From an uncultured virus (IMG/VR IMGVR_UViG_3300031963_000026) (taxonomy: Duplodnaviria > Heunggongvirae > Uroviricota > Caudoviricetes): a stretch of 64,000 bases of DNA. The stretch lies in the IMG/VR virus record IMGVR_UViG_3300031963_000026, positions 62,001 through 126,000 of that record; one strand, written 5' to 3'. A model generated the notes under the pieces. That model worked only from the letters and a program-made list of their open reading frames with translations, did not search any database and was not told the DNA's origin. A program made the position numbers and the translations under genes. Shown here in pieces: positions 1 through 9,798 of this stretch; the first letter of the stretch is position 1; each line of letters opens with the position of its first letter.

Positions 1-76
1 TGATATCTCGATACAATTCGTGATCCTTAAACAACCTAATGTGTAAGTCTGAAAAATGTACTAACTTCTTAATCAT
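1..76 (-). CDS. SbcD/Mre11-like (T4 gp47-like) nuclease, N-terminal fragment; runs off the window edge
   Basis: Manual translation from ATG at 76 gives MIKKLVHFSDLHIRLFKDHELYRDI, with the metallophosphoesterase motif I (SDLH). Not in the ORF track. Confidence 0.65.
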   Translation of the reverse strand, partial: MIKKLVHFSDLHIRLFKDHELYRDI

Positions 77-278
77 CCCCTAAAATTTTGAAATCCTCAT
101 TCATAAAACCGCAACCATCACATACATAAGTCGGAAACGGAACTAATGTGTCTTCTGAAGACCCTGTTAATAATTTACTAACCTTTTTAATAAGAGTAAC
201 TTCTCTGAATATTACTCCTCCACAACTCTCACACTTAACCGTGGGTTGGTCTTTTAACGAAATTTTTACATCACTCAT
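69..278 (-). CDS. Small zinc-ribbon protein
   Basis: CESCG ... CDGCG cysteine pairs; overlaps both neighbouring genes by 8 nt. Confidence 0.7.
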   Translation of the reverse strand: MSDVKISLKDQPTVKCESCGGVIFREVTLIKKVSKLLTGSSEDTLVPFPTYVCDGCGFMNEDFKILGDD

Positions 279-1137
279 GACTTGAATATTTTTCTTTAAT
301 CATATTAACAAAATTGGATAAAATCAATGAACTCTCCATCATTTCATCACCATAACGGTCTTTCAATACTTTAATACTTGAATAAAGTTCGTTAAGATTA
401 ATCTCACTTAATTTTTTAACCTGTGATTCAACTTTTTTACGATATGTTTCATAATACCATAAATCAAACGCCTCAAGTCGGAAAGTATTCAATAGTTCAG
501 ACAATTCTAAAATATCCCAACCATTATTAACACAATGAACTACCTCAATTTCAGAATCAGCGGCATTAAAAATTTGAAGACCATTTTCCATAGGACAAAA
601 ATTGTTTGTCATATAGAACGCAATCTTTTGATAATTCTTATGAAGTTTGGGATCATTGTTAATTACATAGACAAGATACCCATCTCTAGTATAACTATTA
701 AAATGATTATTAGTATCTCTAGATGCCGTACACCACTTGGTGGATGCTCCATATTTCAAGGACGCTTCATACGTTAATGGACGACACATAAAAATAGTAT
801 CTTCATTTTTAAGAATTTTAACCTTGTTCTCAATGTTTTTTTGGAAGTCAGCGTCTTCTTTTTTAGTTACCGCATTTCGGATTACTTCATTAATATATTC
901 AAAATCTTTATAATCAGAATGATAAATGTCTTTATTATCAATGTATGCAATAAATTCGTGAAACTTTGTAACGGTACCCATAATATTTTTAGGTGAAATA
1001 TTTGGATGGTTGGTTTTCATTTGACACATATATTCCAAATATTTCTGCGTCTTGGACATATCGTGATTAACGAACGATTCAAAGGTAGAACTTCTAATTA
1101 CAGGATATTTCTCCCTAATTGTTTCAATTTTTGACAT
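271..1137 (-). CDS. Hypothetical phage protein
   Basis: 288-aa ORF in the operon; contains LTYEASLKYGASTKWCTAS, a motif I recall from uncharacterised large-phage proteins. Confidence 0.6.
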   Translation of the reverse strand: MSKIETIREKYPVIRSSTFESFVNHDMSKTQKYLEYMCQMKTNHPNISPKNIMGTVTKFHEFIAYIDNKDIYHSDYKDFEYINEVIRNAVTKKEDADFQKNIENKVKILKNEDTIFMCRPLTYEASLKYGASTKWCTASRDTNNHFNSYTRDGYLVYVINNDPKLHKNYQKIAFYMTNNFCPMENGLQIFNAADSEIEVVHCVNNGWDILELSELLNTFRLEAFDLWYYETYRKKVESQVKKLSEINLNELYSSIKVLKDRYGDEMMESSLILSNFVNMIKEKYSSHE

Positions 1138-1165
1138 AATTTTATTTTTTTATTGTTTTTTCAAA

Positions 1166-1852
1166 TCATATATAGATAACATCAACTAACTCATTTATGT
1201 TCAAACCATAGAACTTGAAGTTATCAACCTCGTGTTGGTATGTCTTATGAAAATGACCATAAACCCATTTAATTTGTTTTTCACCCTTGAACTTGTCATA
1301 GACCTTGGTAATCATTTGTCGGTCCAACTGAAGATCCGAGTATAAATTACTATCATTCATCGCATAATGATGAACCAGACTATCAAATCCAAATGGTGGT
1401 GTGGTTATCGGTGCTGTATGGGTAACAATCACATCAACATCCAACCCATCAAACCTAACAGGATCAATAAATGGAACCCCTTCGTTATCCCAATAACTGT
1501 ACCCCAACGTACGATGCTTACGATCAATACTAATCGCACCACCAATAAATAAATGAACCAAACCATCTATCGTTAAGACATCAAAATCTTTAACAAAAAC
1601 GATGTTTGAATATTTTGGTGGATTGTCCCACACATTAGGATTATCGTGATTACCACGAATAATGTATAGGGTATTATCATTCACAACCAATCGTTCATTT
1701 ACTCGGTCAAGTAATTCTGATTGTTTATTTATCATACCTATTCCAAAATCACCAACTTGGACAATACTAAAATTATCCAAGCGGTCACTTGCTTTAACAA
1801 CCACGTTTAGGTCACCGTGAATGTCTCCCAAATATGCTATTTTGTTTCCCAT
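1166..1852 (-). CDS. Calcineurin-like metallophosphoesterase
   Basis: GDIHG, GDFG, RGNHD, VTH and GHFH motifs. Confidence 0.9.
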   Translation of the reverse strand: MGNKIAYLGDIHGDLNVVVKASDRLDNFSIVQVGDFGIGMINKQSELLDRVNERLVVNDNTLYIIRGNHDNPNVWDNPPKYSNIVFVKDFDVLTIDGLVHLFIGGAISIDRKHRTLGYSYWDNEGVPFIDPVRFDGLDVDVIVTHTAPITTPPFGFDSLVHHYAMNDSNLYSDLQLDRQMITKVYDKFKGEKQIKWVYGHFHKTYQHEVDNFKFYGLNINELVDVIYI

Positions 1853-1857
1853 AACAA

Positions 1858-1889
1858 CAAAGGTAATAAGAAAAAATTAAACCATCAAA
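1858..1889 (-). promoter_or_regulatory. Bacteroidota-type housekeeping promoter (-33 TTTG / -7 TAnnTTTG)
   Basis: Minus strand reads TTTG-N20-TACCTTTG-ttgtt-ATG(1852). Confidence 0.75.
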
Positions 1890-2649
1890 CTTTTTCCAAC
1901 ATAATTTTTACCTCAGCCATTAAGTCCTTGGTTTCAATTACCTTATAATCATCAATCGCTTCGTTAATCCAAACCAAATAACACTTACCAATCTTAATGT
2001 TGGTATTCTTCTCAATCAAATGTTTATACAAATTCAACTGAAGAGAATAAGTATTCAATTCACACTCTTCCAAATGAGAGATGGGGTCTTTCATCTTGTT
2101 ACCATAGTTATTACCAGTCTTAATCTCCTTATTGGTCTTGTAATCCCAAATCTGATATTCACCGGCTTTCTTGTTGTAAAACAATGCGTCAATCTGACCA
2201 GCAATACCATATTCCATATCACCAACAACCAATTCCATTTTAACCGGAATTAAGTTAGCCTTGGCCTGATGATAAAACTTTTCAACCATTTTAACACACT
2301 TATCAAACGGTTCTCTAATCGGATCCAAACCAAATCGTTTAACCACAGGAACCGGATCATAAGGAAAGATCTTGTTGTTCCATAAGTTTTCAGCATACAA
2401 ATGGACAGCACTTCCTTTTACCGTAGAGAAGTCACGTTTGTAATCCCAATCCGAGATAACATCCTCAACCTTCAACCCCCTCTTACTAGCATAACTCTCA
2501 GCCATACCTTGGGTATCAAACTTATCCTTAAACTTACCAATGAAGGTTGTTACGGATGTTAGTTTTTTACCGTCACAATAATACTCGTGTGGTTCATCGT
2601 AATACGTGATACCATTGAACTTAGATAGTTCCAAAAAAATATTTTCCAT
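1885..2649 (-). CDS. PD-(D/E)XK exonuclease (RecB/Cas4-like fold)
   Basis: SVTT, GSAVH, GQIDALF, WDYKT and YSLQLNLY motifs; no four-cysteine Fe-S pattern. Confidence 0.8.
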   Translation of the reverse strand: MENIFLELSKFNGITYYDEPHEYYCDGKKLTSVTTFIGKFKDKFDTQGMAESYASKRGLKVEDVISDWDYKRDFSTVKGSAVHLYAENLWNNKIFPYDPVPVVKRFGLDPIREPFDKCVKMVEKFYHQAKANLIPVKMELVVGDMEYGIAGQIDALFYNKKAGEYQIWDYKTNKEIKTGNNYGNKMKDPISHLEECELNTYSLQLNLYKHLIEKNTNIKIGKCYLVWINEAIDDYKVIETKDLMAEVKIMLEKV

Positions 2650-2651
2650 AT

Positions 2652-3551
2652 TTACTTAATTTCATAATAATACTCATCAATCTTACCCTGAAGTTCGGCG
2701 ATGTCCTTATCATCGGGTAATCTCAATATTTCAATACGACCGAATAACCTACCGCCATTCAATTCGTGATACAAAGATAATGCATTTTTCCAAGCATCGC
2801 CATCCAATGCAATAATTATTTTTCCTTTTGCATCATTATATAACTTATCCATCAGTTTTTGAGATAAATGTTTTCCCAACATAACCACAGGATTATCCAA
2901 GAACAACGCATCAAATACACCCTCAACCAAAAAGATATCCTTATTCCAATCAACTCTACTCTCGTTGAAAATAATCTCGTCTTTCGGATAATCAGGATTT
3001 CTGTATTTACTCTTTGAGTGTTTGTTCCACGATCTTGCAATATAATAATTCAACTGACCTTCTTGGTCATACGAAGGAATAATAATACGACCCATAAAAT
3101 CACCCTTATCACAAAATCCAATGTCGTATTTTTCAATCATCTCATCGGTAATGAAACGACTTTTCAAATAATTCATCGCTTCTTTATAAACCGGATATCT
3201 CGGATTTGAATCCTTAAACTTCGTATAACTTGGTGGTAATTTAATCTTCGGAACTTTCGGTCTATCAGGTTTCACCTCTTCGGGTGCCAAAATAGAATAA
3301 GTCCTCTTTTGTTTCTTCGTTCCCCAAGTATCAAATAATTTACCCAATGGTCCGTGAGTTCCATTATCATCCGAACAACTCCAACACTTATAAACGTGTC
3401 GGAAATAATTAACCTCAAAATTCCCTTTATTCCTACCCTCATCACACGCGGGGCAGTTAAACGAGATCTGTCCTTTACTCTCGTAATGAGCACGATACTT
3501 ACCAAGTACCTCTTCCAATAACTCAACTAACAACTCTGACTCGTCATTCAT
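2652..3551 (-). CDS. DNA primase (Zn finger + TOPRIM)
   Basis: CPAC...CWSC, YLKSR, RIIIP, LVEGVFDAL and ALDGDA motifs. Confidence 0.9.
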   Translation of the reverse strand: MNDESELLVELLEEVLGKYRAHYESKGQISFNCPACDEGRNKGNFEVNYFRHVYKCWSCSDDNGTHGPLGKLFDTWGTKKQKRTYSILAPEEVKPDRPKVPKIKLPPSYTKFKDSNPRYPVYKEAMNYLKSRFITDEMIEKYDIGFCDKGDFMGRIIIPSYDQEGQLNYYIARSWNKHSKSKYRNPDYPKDEIIFNESRVDWNKDIFLVEGVFDALFLDNPVVMLGKHLSQKLMDKLYNDAKGKIIIALDGDAWKNALSLYHELNGGRLFGRIEILRLPDDKDIAELQGKIDEYYYEIK

Positions 3552-3556
3552 ACGAG

Positions 3557-3588
3557 CAAAGATAATTCACTTTTTTGACTTTACCAAA
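3557..3588 (-). promoter_or_regulatory. Bacteroidota-type housekeeping promoter
   Basis: Minus strand reads TTTG-N20-TATCTTTG-ctcgt-ATG(3551). Confidence 0.75.
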
Positions 3589-3655
3589 TTTTTTATGAAT
3601 TTTGTTATTTTGTGTGGTATATAACAAAGATAGAGTAGTGGAATTATCACCCACA

Positions 3656-4258
3656 TTACGACCAAATACCCTCCTGTTTCATATAACCCAAAACACAACA
3701 ATAAGCATCACTCATATCATAAACTTCCTTTTTCAAAGTATTGTTTTTGGTGTATTGCCAAGTTATCTGAGGTTCTCTTTTTGCCACCAATTCCCAAATG
3801 ATATGTTTCTTATCAATATCTTTTGGAAGACCACCGAATAAAACAAATTTCTTCTTATCATTTTCTTTAACTAATTCGGGAAACGCACATTTTCTTGAGT
3901 TGTAGGTTGTTATATAGTCGGGAACCAACCCAAGAGTATCATAAATTAGTTTCGTAATAAATGAATTAAACCTCAATAAAGTTCCAACAGTGTAGATGTT
4001 ATTACTATTCAACAAAGGTTCTTCAATTATAACTTTAGTAATACCCAAATCTTTATAATCATTTAACTTAGTTTGAAAGGTCTCCGCCTTATCCAAAAGT
4101 TCGTGAATTTTATTTTCTCTTTTTACTTTTGTTTTCGGTGAAACATGTGTCAATTCTAATAACTCGCTCGTTTTAATATCAAAAAGTGCCCACCCAATTG
4201 TGCTAGTAGAAATATCCAAACCAAGAACTTTTGGTGAATTCTTTAAATCTTTTCCCAT
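3656..4258 (-). CDS. RuvC-like Holliday junction resolvase
   Basis: VLGLDISTSTIGWA, VIIEEP and DMSDAY acidic motifs. Confidence 0.8.
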   Translation of the reverse strand: MGKDLKNSPKVLGLDISTSTIGWALFDIKTSELLELTHVSPKTKVKRENKIHELLDKAETFQTKLNDYKDLGITKVIIEEPLLNSNNIYTVGTLLRFNSFITKLIYDTLGLVPDYITTYNSRKCAFPELVKENDKKKFVLFGGLPKDIDKKHIIWELVAKREPQITWQYTKNNTLKKEVYDMSDAYCCVLGYMKQEGIWS

Positions 4259-4294
4259 AAAATAGTTTTATAACTTAAAAATGTTAAATTTTCA

Positions 4295-6433
4295 TTAAAA
4301 ATCAAGCTTAATTACAAATTGTTGTAATCCTGTTCTTTTTGTTGGTGATTGTAGCTTAGATATTAACATTAAATCTTTGTTAGAATCATACAATCCGATC
4401 TCGGTGACATAAGGTGTGTATGTCGTATTCCAAGTTGGATTAGAACTCTTTTGGAATTGTTCTTGTGTTAAATTAACCTCATACTTCATTTCATATATTG
4501 TTGCGGCAATATCGGTTTTAATTGTACCGTAGAAGAAAATCTCATCACCAAATTGAATACCTTGCTGTGTTGGTGATGGGTTTGTCATATAATCCGACAA
4601 ATAATATGATGGTGCATTATTATATGATGTTTCATCAATAACAAACGTTGTTCCTGTAATACCCGCAGGTGTTAAATAAATACCATTCTTTGTAATTCCC
4701 GAAGTAACGTCTATATATCTCCAATTTGTCGGTGTTGGTAACGCACCATTTGATGTCTTTTGGACCAACAGATACATTTGATTAGCATTAAACCCTGAAC
4801 AAGATGATGTTGGGCTTCCATTCATAAATGGGAACTCATTACCAAATCTTACAGATACGTTAGCAACATCGTTCTCGGGATCACCACTGACTTTGGAATA
4901 GATATTACAATGTAATGAATTGGTAAAAGTTCCACCCGTAGAGTTAAATCTATACGTCACATACATCGTATCGGAACTTGATGTTAAAACACCCGTAGAA
5001 CCTTGTCCTCCACCCGCACAAACGTTAGGAACTATTCTTGATACTTTGGGTACCGGTAGTGTCCAAGACCTGTTAGAAGCATAAGACATCGCAGCAATAA
5101 TCTCTTGATCATCAAATACAACCATCTTATGATCGGGAAATACCTTACCAACACGATTAGGAATACCATTACTATTTGGTTTATTATCCCACAAATCGTA
5201 ATATCTAATACCGGGATTATTCATGTCGGTATTTTTAATAGATGTTAAATATTTTACCTCGGCAAGATTAGCTGATGTAAAACCTGTAGGATCAATATAG
5301 AAAGTTTGACCGATCGTTCCACCACTATTTTTATGCCACATCAACCAAGGAATTTCAACACTAAAGTTTCTTGCTAACCCTGTTGGATCTGCATCAACAT
5401 CATAAGGTTCTGTTGCAAACTTCTCACCATAAAAATTATCAATAGATTGATTAGTATAATGAACAATAGCGATTGCTCTTTGCATTTCGGGATCAACATT
5501 AATTTTTTCCGAGAATGAATTATAGTATGATGTTCCAGTATTGACTGTTTGTCCCGATGATGATTGATATCCTAAATATTCTTTTGTTCCTAAATAACCA
5601 ACAGTTCCATAATTCTCATAACTATTATTAAAACCATTGATATATCCTGCAAAATTCTCACTCCAAACTATAGACATATTCCAAACCTTTGGATAATCCT
5701 GAGAAATATCACAAGGTGTTTCAAAATTAATAGCGTCCGTACTCCAATAATATGATGGTGTTTCTGAATCGTAGAACGGTGTAAAAGTAGATGGGTAATT
5801 TATCATTCTACTTGATGAGCAAGTGAATGCTGTATAATTTGGTAATGTTCTATCTACCACAACGTTTCCTGTACTCGCACTTTGAACACGATAAACAAAC
5901 ATGGGTGATCTTCCTGTAATTGTTCCACAACCCGAATTGTTGGTGAATAAGAATAAGAATGTTCCCGCAGAAATCGTACTTGTTGTTCCACAACCATCAC
6001 TAACACCACGTAATGTTGTTCCACCACTTAATGTTGATGCGCGATATTGTGAATTAATCGTATATGAACTTGTTGTAAAAGCACTTGATCCACTGAAAAA
6101 CCCTAATGGTTCTGCAGTATTAAAAACTTGTGTTGATTGTGAAGCGTTAAACGGTATTCCATATGTCAATCCACTACTTCCCGCCAAATAGAAAGGATAT
6201 TTAACATAGTTTTTTGTGCTTTGAGGCGATCCTGTATTATTTTGGTCATTAAAGTTTGGTTGTAATACGTTACCATTCTTTTGGTTAAACCCTGTGGCAC
6301 AACCATAACACACTTCGGAATCTCCGACTTGAAAATAACTAATGTTAAAATTACCTTGTGATAATTTATTTCTACCAGCATCCGTTAAGATACTCGTAAT
6401 TAAAGCTGAAGTTGATTTTATTATATACGACAT
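4295..6433 (-). CDS. Baseplate / tail-fibre attachment structural protein
   Basis: N-terminal LTDAGRNKL...YFQVGDSE and C-terminal YVTEIGLYD...ISKL, typical of baseplate and tail-collar fibre proteins; S/T/G-rich. Confidence 0.6.
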   Translation of the reverse strand: MSYIIKSTSALITSILTDAGRNKLSQGNFNISYFQVGDSEVCYGCATGFNQKNGNVLQPNFNDQNNTGSPQSTKNYVKYPFYLAGSSGLTYGIPFNASQSTQVFNTAEPLGFFSGSSAFTTSSYTINSQYRASTLSGGTTLRGVSDGCGTTSTISAGTFLFLFTNNSGCGTITGRSPMFVYRVQSASTGNVVVDRTLPNYTAFTCSSSRMINYPSTFTPFYDSETPSYYWSTDAINFETPCDISQDYPKVWNMSIVWSENFAGYINGFNNSYENYGTVGYLGTKEYLGYQSSSGQTVNTGTSYYNSFSEKINVDPEMQRAIAIVHYTNQSIDNFYGEKFATEPYDVDADPTGLARNFSVEIPWLMWHKNSGGTIGQTFYIDPTGFTSANLAEVKYLTSIKNTDMNNPGIRYYDLWDNKPNSNGIPNRVGKVFPDHKMVVFDDQEIIAAMSYASNRSWTLPVPKVSRIVPNVCAGGGQGSTGVLTSSSDTMYVTYRFNSTGGTFTNSLHCNIYSKVSGDPENDVANVSVRFGNEFPFMNGSPTSSCSGFNANQMYLLVQKTSNGALPTPTNWRYIDVTSGITKNGIYLTPAGITGTTFVIDETSYNNAPSYYLSDYMTNPSPTQQGIQFGDEIFFYGTIKTDIAATIYEMKYEVNLTQEQFQKSSNPTWNTTYTPYVTEIGLYDSNKDLMLISKLQSPTKRTGLQQFVIKLDF

Positions 6434-6451
6434 ATCTATAATTATTATGAA

Positions 6452-8716
6452 TTAGTAATTTGAAATTTGAGCACCGAATGGATTAGAAATTGCAATACCC
6501 ATTCCAATTACTTTACAATCTATTATTCTTCTTTGAGTAAATCTTACATCCACATTTACATTAACATTTATGTTATTCCTACAAGTTGTAGAAATATAAC
6601 CATCTCTTGTTATTGTTGCGTTATAGTTAGCATTATATTCAATAGTAACAACATCGTCCTTTTGAATATTAAATGAGGATCTTATATATGTTAAATCACC
6701 CTTAAATTCTCTATTCGTTAAATTACAATAAGAAGGCATCGGGAAATTAGTTGTAGGATCTGTAGTAATTGTTTGTGCAACACCATTTACCTTAACCACC
6801 GGAGTTACATTAAATGTATAAGCAAATCCTGTTTGAACGTTTTGATATGTGAATGATTTTTGAATAGTCAAACCAACCGGTATTGTCGCACCTACAGGAA
6901 TCTGATCGGTACCTAAAATGGTATATTTACGATACCCACTACCTTGTTGAACAAAAGAATTACCAGGTCCAATTGGTGGGAAATTATTTTGTTGTGAATC
7001 CAACCTTGCCGTTAATTCATAGGTCGTTAATGGCTGACTACCAACAACCGCAGTTGTACTAACAACATTGTTATCATCATCCTTCAATCTAACTTGATAG
7101 GTACCATTTGAAAGCCCTGAGAAATACGGTGATGCTTGATAAGTTAAACCACCATTTACTGAATATAAATAAGGTTGTGTTCCACCATTTCCAATCACCA
7201 AGATTGCACCATAATGTGTTGATGGTGTAGCATAACAAGTGTCATCGGTAATATTCACACTAACCGTTGGTGTTGATGCCGTACATGTTCCCGTAACAAC
7301 AACAGCAGTACTGAAAACAGGATAACCACCAACAATCCAACCACTTGTTGGAACGATAGAGGTTGATGTTGAATATATTTGTGTCGATAAATATGTGTTT
7401 TGAACCAAATCCCATCTAGTACCTGACCATCTAATATTCCACGTTCCTCCACCTGTAGACGCACTCCACGATTGTCTTCCATTTACGAAATAAGTAGAGT
7501 TAAACGTCACAGCCGAAGTAATAGCATCACTTTGTAATGTTAAACAAATGGTCGGTACCACTGCAGGTGTTGTGCTAGGTGTAATTGTTGGGGTAGGCGT
7601 AACTGTTGGTGTTGGTGTTAAACTAATGATCGTACAAGTTGTTACCGCAGTATAATCACCATAATAATCTACCGTAGTCGCAACATAATCACCCGGTAAC
7701 AATCCAACTCTATACGTTCCCGTACCACCATCGGACCAAGTTGTGGTATATGGTGCCGTTCCACCATAAATGGTTAAAGTAATTGTTCCATCGGGTGTTG
7801 TTGATGACGATGCACTAGTACCCGAACAAGATACCGTTAAATCCACAACATTATTAACCTTACAATCTGATATGATTGAAGGTCTTAATGGTCTTGTACC
7901 CGTAGCACTTAACGTATTAGTTGTTGATGGTGTGTTAGACGGTGTTGTATTAGGTCTTCTCGTATTAGAAGGGGTAATACTCGGTGTTGGTGTCATAGTC
8001 GGTGACGTTGTTGGTGTTGGTGTTGGTGTAGGACAAGCAATTGCGGTTACCTCACCACCACCATTATAACAAGATTGACAATTAGAATATAATCCCGATA
8101 AATAACCTTGTATTGTTCCAATAGTTCCCGAAGGATAATATTGATAACAAGAACCCGAATACCTATAAACGGGTGTTGGGTATTCTGAAAGATCCAAAAC
8201 TTTAACATTAAATGTTTTTACATCGGACGCATTACAACAATTTACAAAAGTAGTTGCTGTATAAACAACCGTTTGTGATGCAGCATACTCATTACACGCA
8301 ACACAACTATTAAATGATGTATAACTTAAAGTATCATTTGCCGAAGTATTTGTTGAAATACTATTAGCCGAGTAACATAGATTATCATCACCCGTTCCAT
8401 TAAAGAACGCAACAACACCTGTCGGAAATGTTGAAGATTCAATGAACCCTTCTCTAATTGCTGTTCCGTTACACTGAACAAACTTAACTCTAACTCTTCC
8501 CGATGAGTTACAATCCGTACAATTATTAAAATATGGTGTAGAAGGAAAAAATAATTGTGGTTGAGTGTTAGTAACATCCCAAGAACCACCATCCGTCCAA
8601 CAACCAGTTCCAAGTCTTATAACCTGACCGGGAACAAACACTTGGTCATTAACCACCGCATACAGTTGGGCTGAGGGGTTACTACAAAAATTAAATAATC
8701 TATTTCTAAATGCCAT
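6452..8716 (-). CDS. Adhesin-like virion fibre protein (Cys-rich modules, PT linkers, SprB-type repeats)
   Basis: Repeated [YF]xxCxxC modules, PTPTPT tracts, GGTAPYTTTWSDG...GLLPGDY and GGTQPYLYSVNGG...FSGLSNGTYQV repeats. Confidence 0.65.
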   Translation of the reverse strand: MAFRNRLFNFCSNPSAQLYAVVNDQVFVPGQVIRLGTGCWTDGGSWDVTNTQPQLFFPSTPYFNNCTDCNSSGRVRVKFVQCNGTAIREGFIESSTFPTGVVAFFNGTGDDNLCYSANSISTNTSANDTLSYTSFNSCVACNEYAASQTVVYTATTFVNCCNASDVKTFNVKVLDLSEYPTPVYRYSGSCYQYYPSGTIGTIQGYLSGLYSNCQSCYNGGGEVTAIACPTPTPTPTTSPTMTPTPSITPSNTRRPNTTPSNTPSTTNTLSATGTRPLRPSIISDCKVNNVVDLTVSCSGTSASSSTTPDGTITLTIYGGTAPYTTTWSDGGTGTYRVGLLPGDYVATTVDYYGDYTAVTTCTIISLTPTPTVTPTPTITPSTTPAVVPTICLTLQSDAITSAVTFNSTYFVNGRQSWSASTGGGTWNIRWSGTRWDLVQNTYLSTQIYSTSTSIVPTSGWIVGGYPVFSTAVVVTGTCTASTPTVSVNITDDTCYATPSTHYGAILVIGNGGTQPYLYSVNGGLTYQASPYFSGLSNGTYQVRLKDDDNNVVSTTAVVGSQPLTTYELTARLDSQQNNFPPIGPGNSFVQQGSGYRKYTILGTDQIPVGATIPVGLTIQKSFTYQNVQTGFAYTFNVTPVVKVNGVAQTITTDPTTNFPMPSYCNLTNREFKGDLTYIRSSFNIQKDDVVTIEYNANYNATITRDGYISTTCRNNINVNVNVDVRFTQRRIIDCKVIGMGIAISNPFGAQISNY

Positions 8717-8747
8717 ACTAATAAATAATCATTAAGTCGTTTTTTTT

Positions 8748-9791
8748 TTATGGACATGAAGGATCTCCACAACCACCACCAATAAGAGTTATTGTCTCAC
8801 CACCAATGTCAATAGCCTGATTTGCGGAAGTTAAAGTGTCATCAAATTGGTAACATTCCGGACCTAATACTGTAATTTGAATAACATCACCATTATTATA
8901 TGATGATAGATCTTGATTATAAATTAATCTAGTTTCTGCAGGATTGTTACATTGTTTCACAATTCTTGGTTGATATGGTGTTGATGCTGTAAACCAAATA
9001 TTAGTCGTTCCGGGATATGTGGTGTTGTAAGGATATTCAATCGACGTTCCTTGATCCAATTGATAATAATCATTCTTATTTGTAGATATACTATTACCCG
9101 TCCAAACCCATTCATTACTGTTTGAGGTAACACCACTCGCAGTTATACCATACAATGAAATTAAAGTTCCGCCATAATTCTTTAATTGATGTATGTGAAC
9201 ACCCGAACCCGTTTCAACATCATATTGTTCATTAGGCGAATAAATAGTTCTGATTTTAAATTCATTTGCCTCAACTGCAGTGATTATTAATTTATTTTGT
9301 GCTGGAGGACCTTGATTTTGAGTATCATATAAATTATCAGTTCTAACATTTTCTCCTTGAACTAAATAAAGATTTGAAAATGAAGCATTGATTATTGATC
9401 CATTATAAAATTGACCCTCACCTATTTCATTAGAATCAAACTTCAGAATATTAATCTGTTGTGTTGGATTAGTAGGTGATGGTGTCATTGTATTTGTTGG
9501 TGTCATTGTATTTGTTGGTGTATTCGTAGGTGTTTGAGATGGTGAAGCGGTGATTGACGCTGTTGGTGTTTGAGATGGTGGAATTTCATTTTGTATTCCA
9601 ACACTCCCAAGAGAATCCACTATTTTAACACCAAGCAATGATAATGTATCATATGGTGCGGGAACATTTATTGTAAAATTATTAGTGGTCGTTGATGTTG
9701 AATAATAAACAAACGACCCGTAAGCATCTCCTACGTAAATGTCAATCGGTGGAACCGCTGTTATTGAAGTAACTGATATTGTTGTTGCCAT
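8748..9791 (-). CDS. PT-linker structural/fibre protein
   Basis: TPTNTPTNTMTPTNTMTPS tract and a Cys-containing C-terminal module; lies in the fibre cluster. Confidence 0.55.
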   Translation of the reverse strand: MATTISVTSITAVPPIDIYVGDAYGSFVYYSTSTTTNNFTINVPAPYDTLSLLGVKIVDSLGSVGIQNEIPPSQTPTASITASPSQTPTNTPTNTMTPTNTMTPSPTNPTQQINILKFDSNEIGEGQFYNGSIINASFSNLYLVQGENVRTDNLYDTQNQGPPAQNKLIITAVEANEFKIRTIYSPNEQYDVETGSGVHIHQLKNYGGTLISLYGITASGVTSNSNEWVWTGNSISTNKNDYYQLDQGTSIEYPYNTTYPGTTNIWFTASTPYQPRIVKQCNNPAETRLIYNQDLSSYNNGDVIQITVLGPECYQFDDTLTSANQAIDIGGETITLIGGGCGDPSCP

Positions 9792-9798
9792 ATTTTTT

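Noticed and set aside
1885..2649. Cas4 as part of a CRISPR adaptation module
   Set aside because: It lacks the Fe-S cysteine pattern, has no cas1/cas2 nearby and lies ~58 kb from the mini-arrays; it is more simply a phage exonuclease.
9470..9580. Short tandem repeats (TGGTGTCATTGTATTTGT) as a CRISPR array
   Set aside because: They encode TPTNTM peptide repeats and have no unique spacers.
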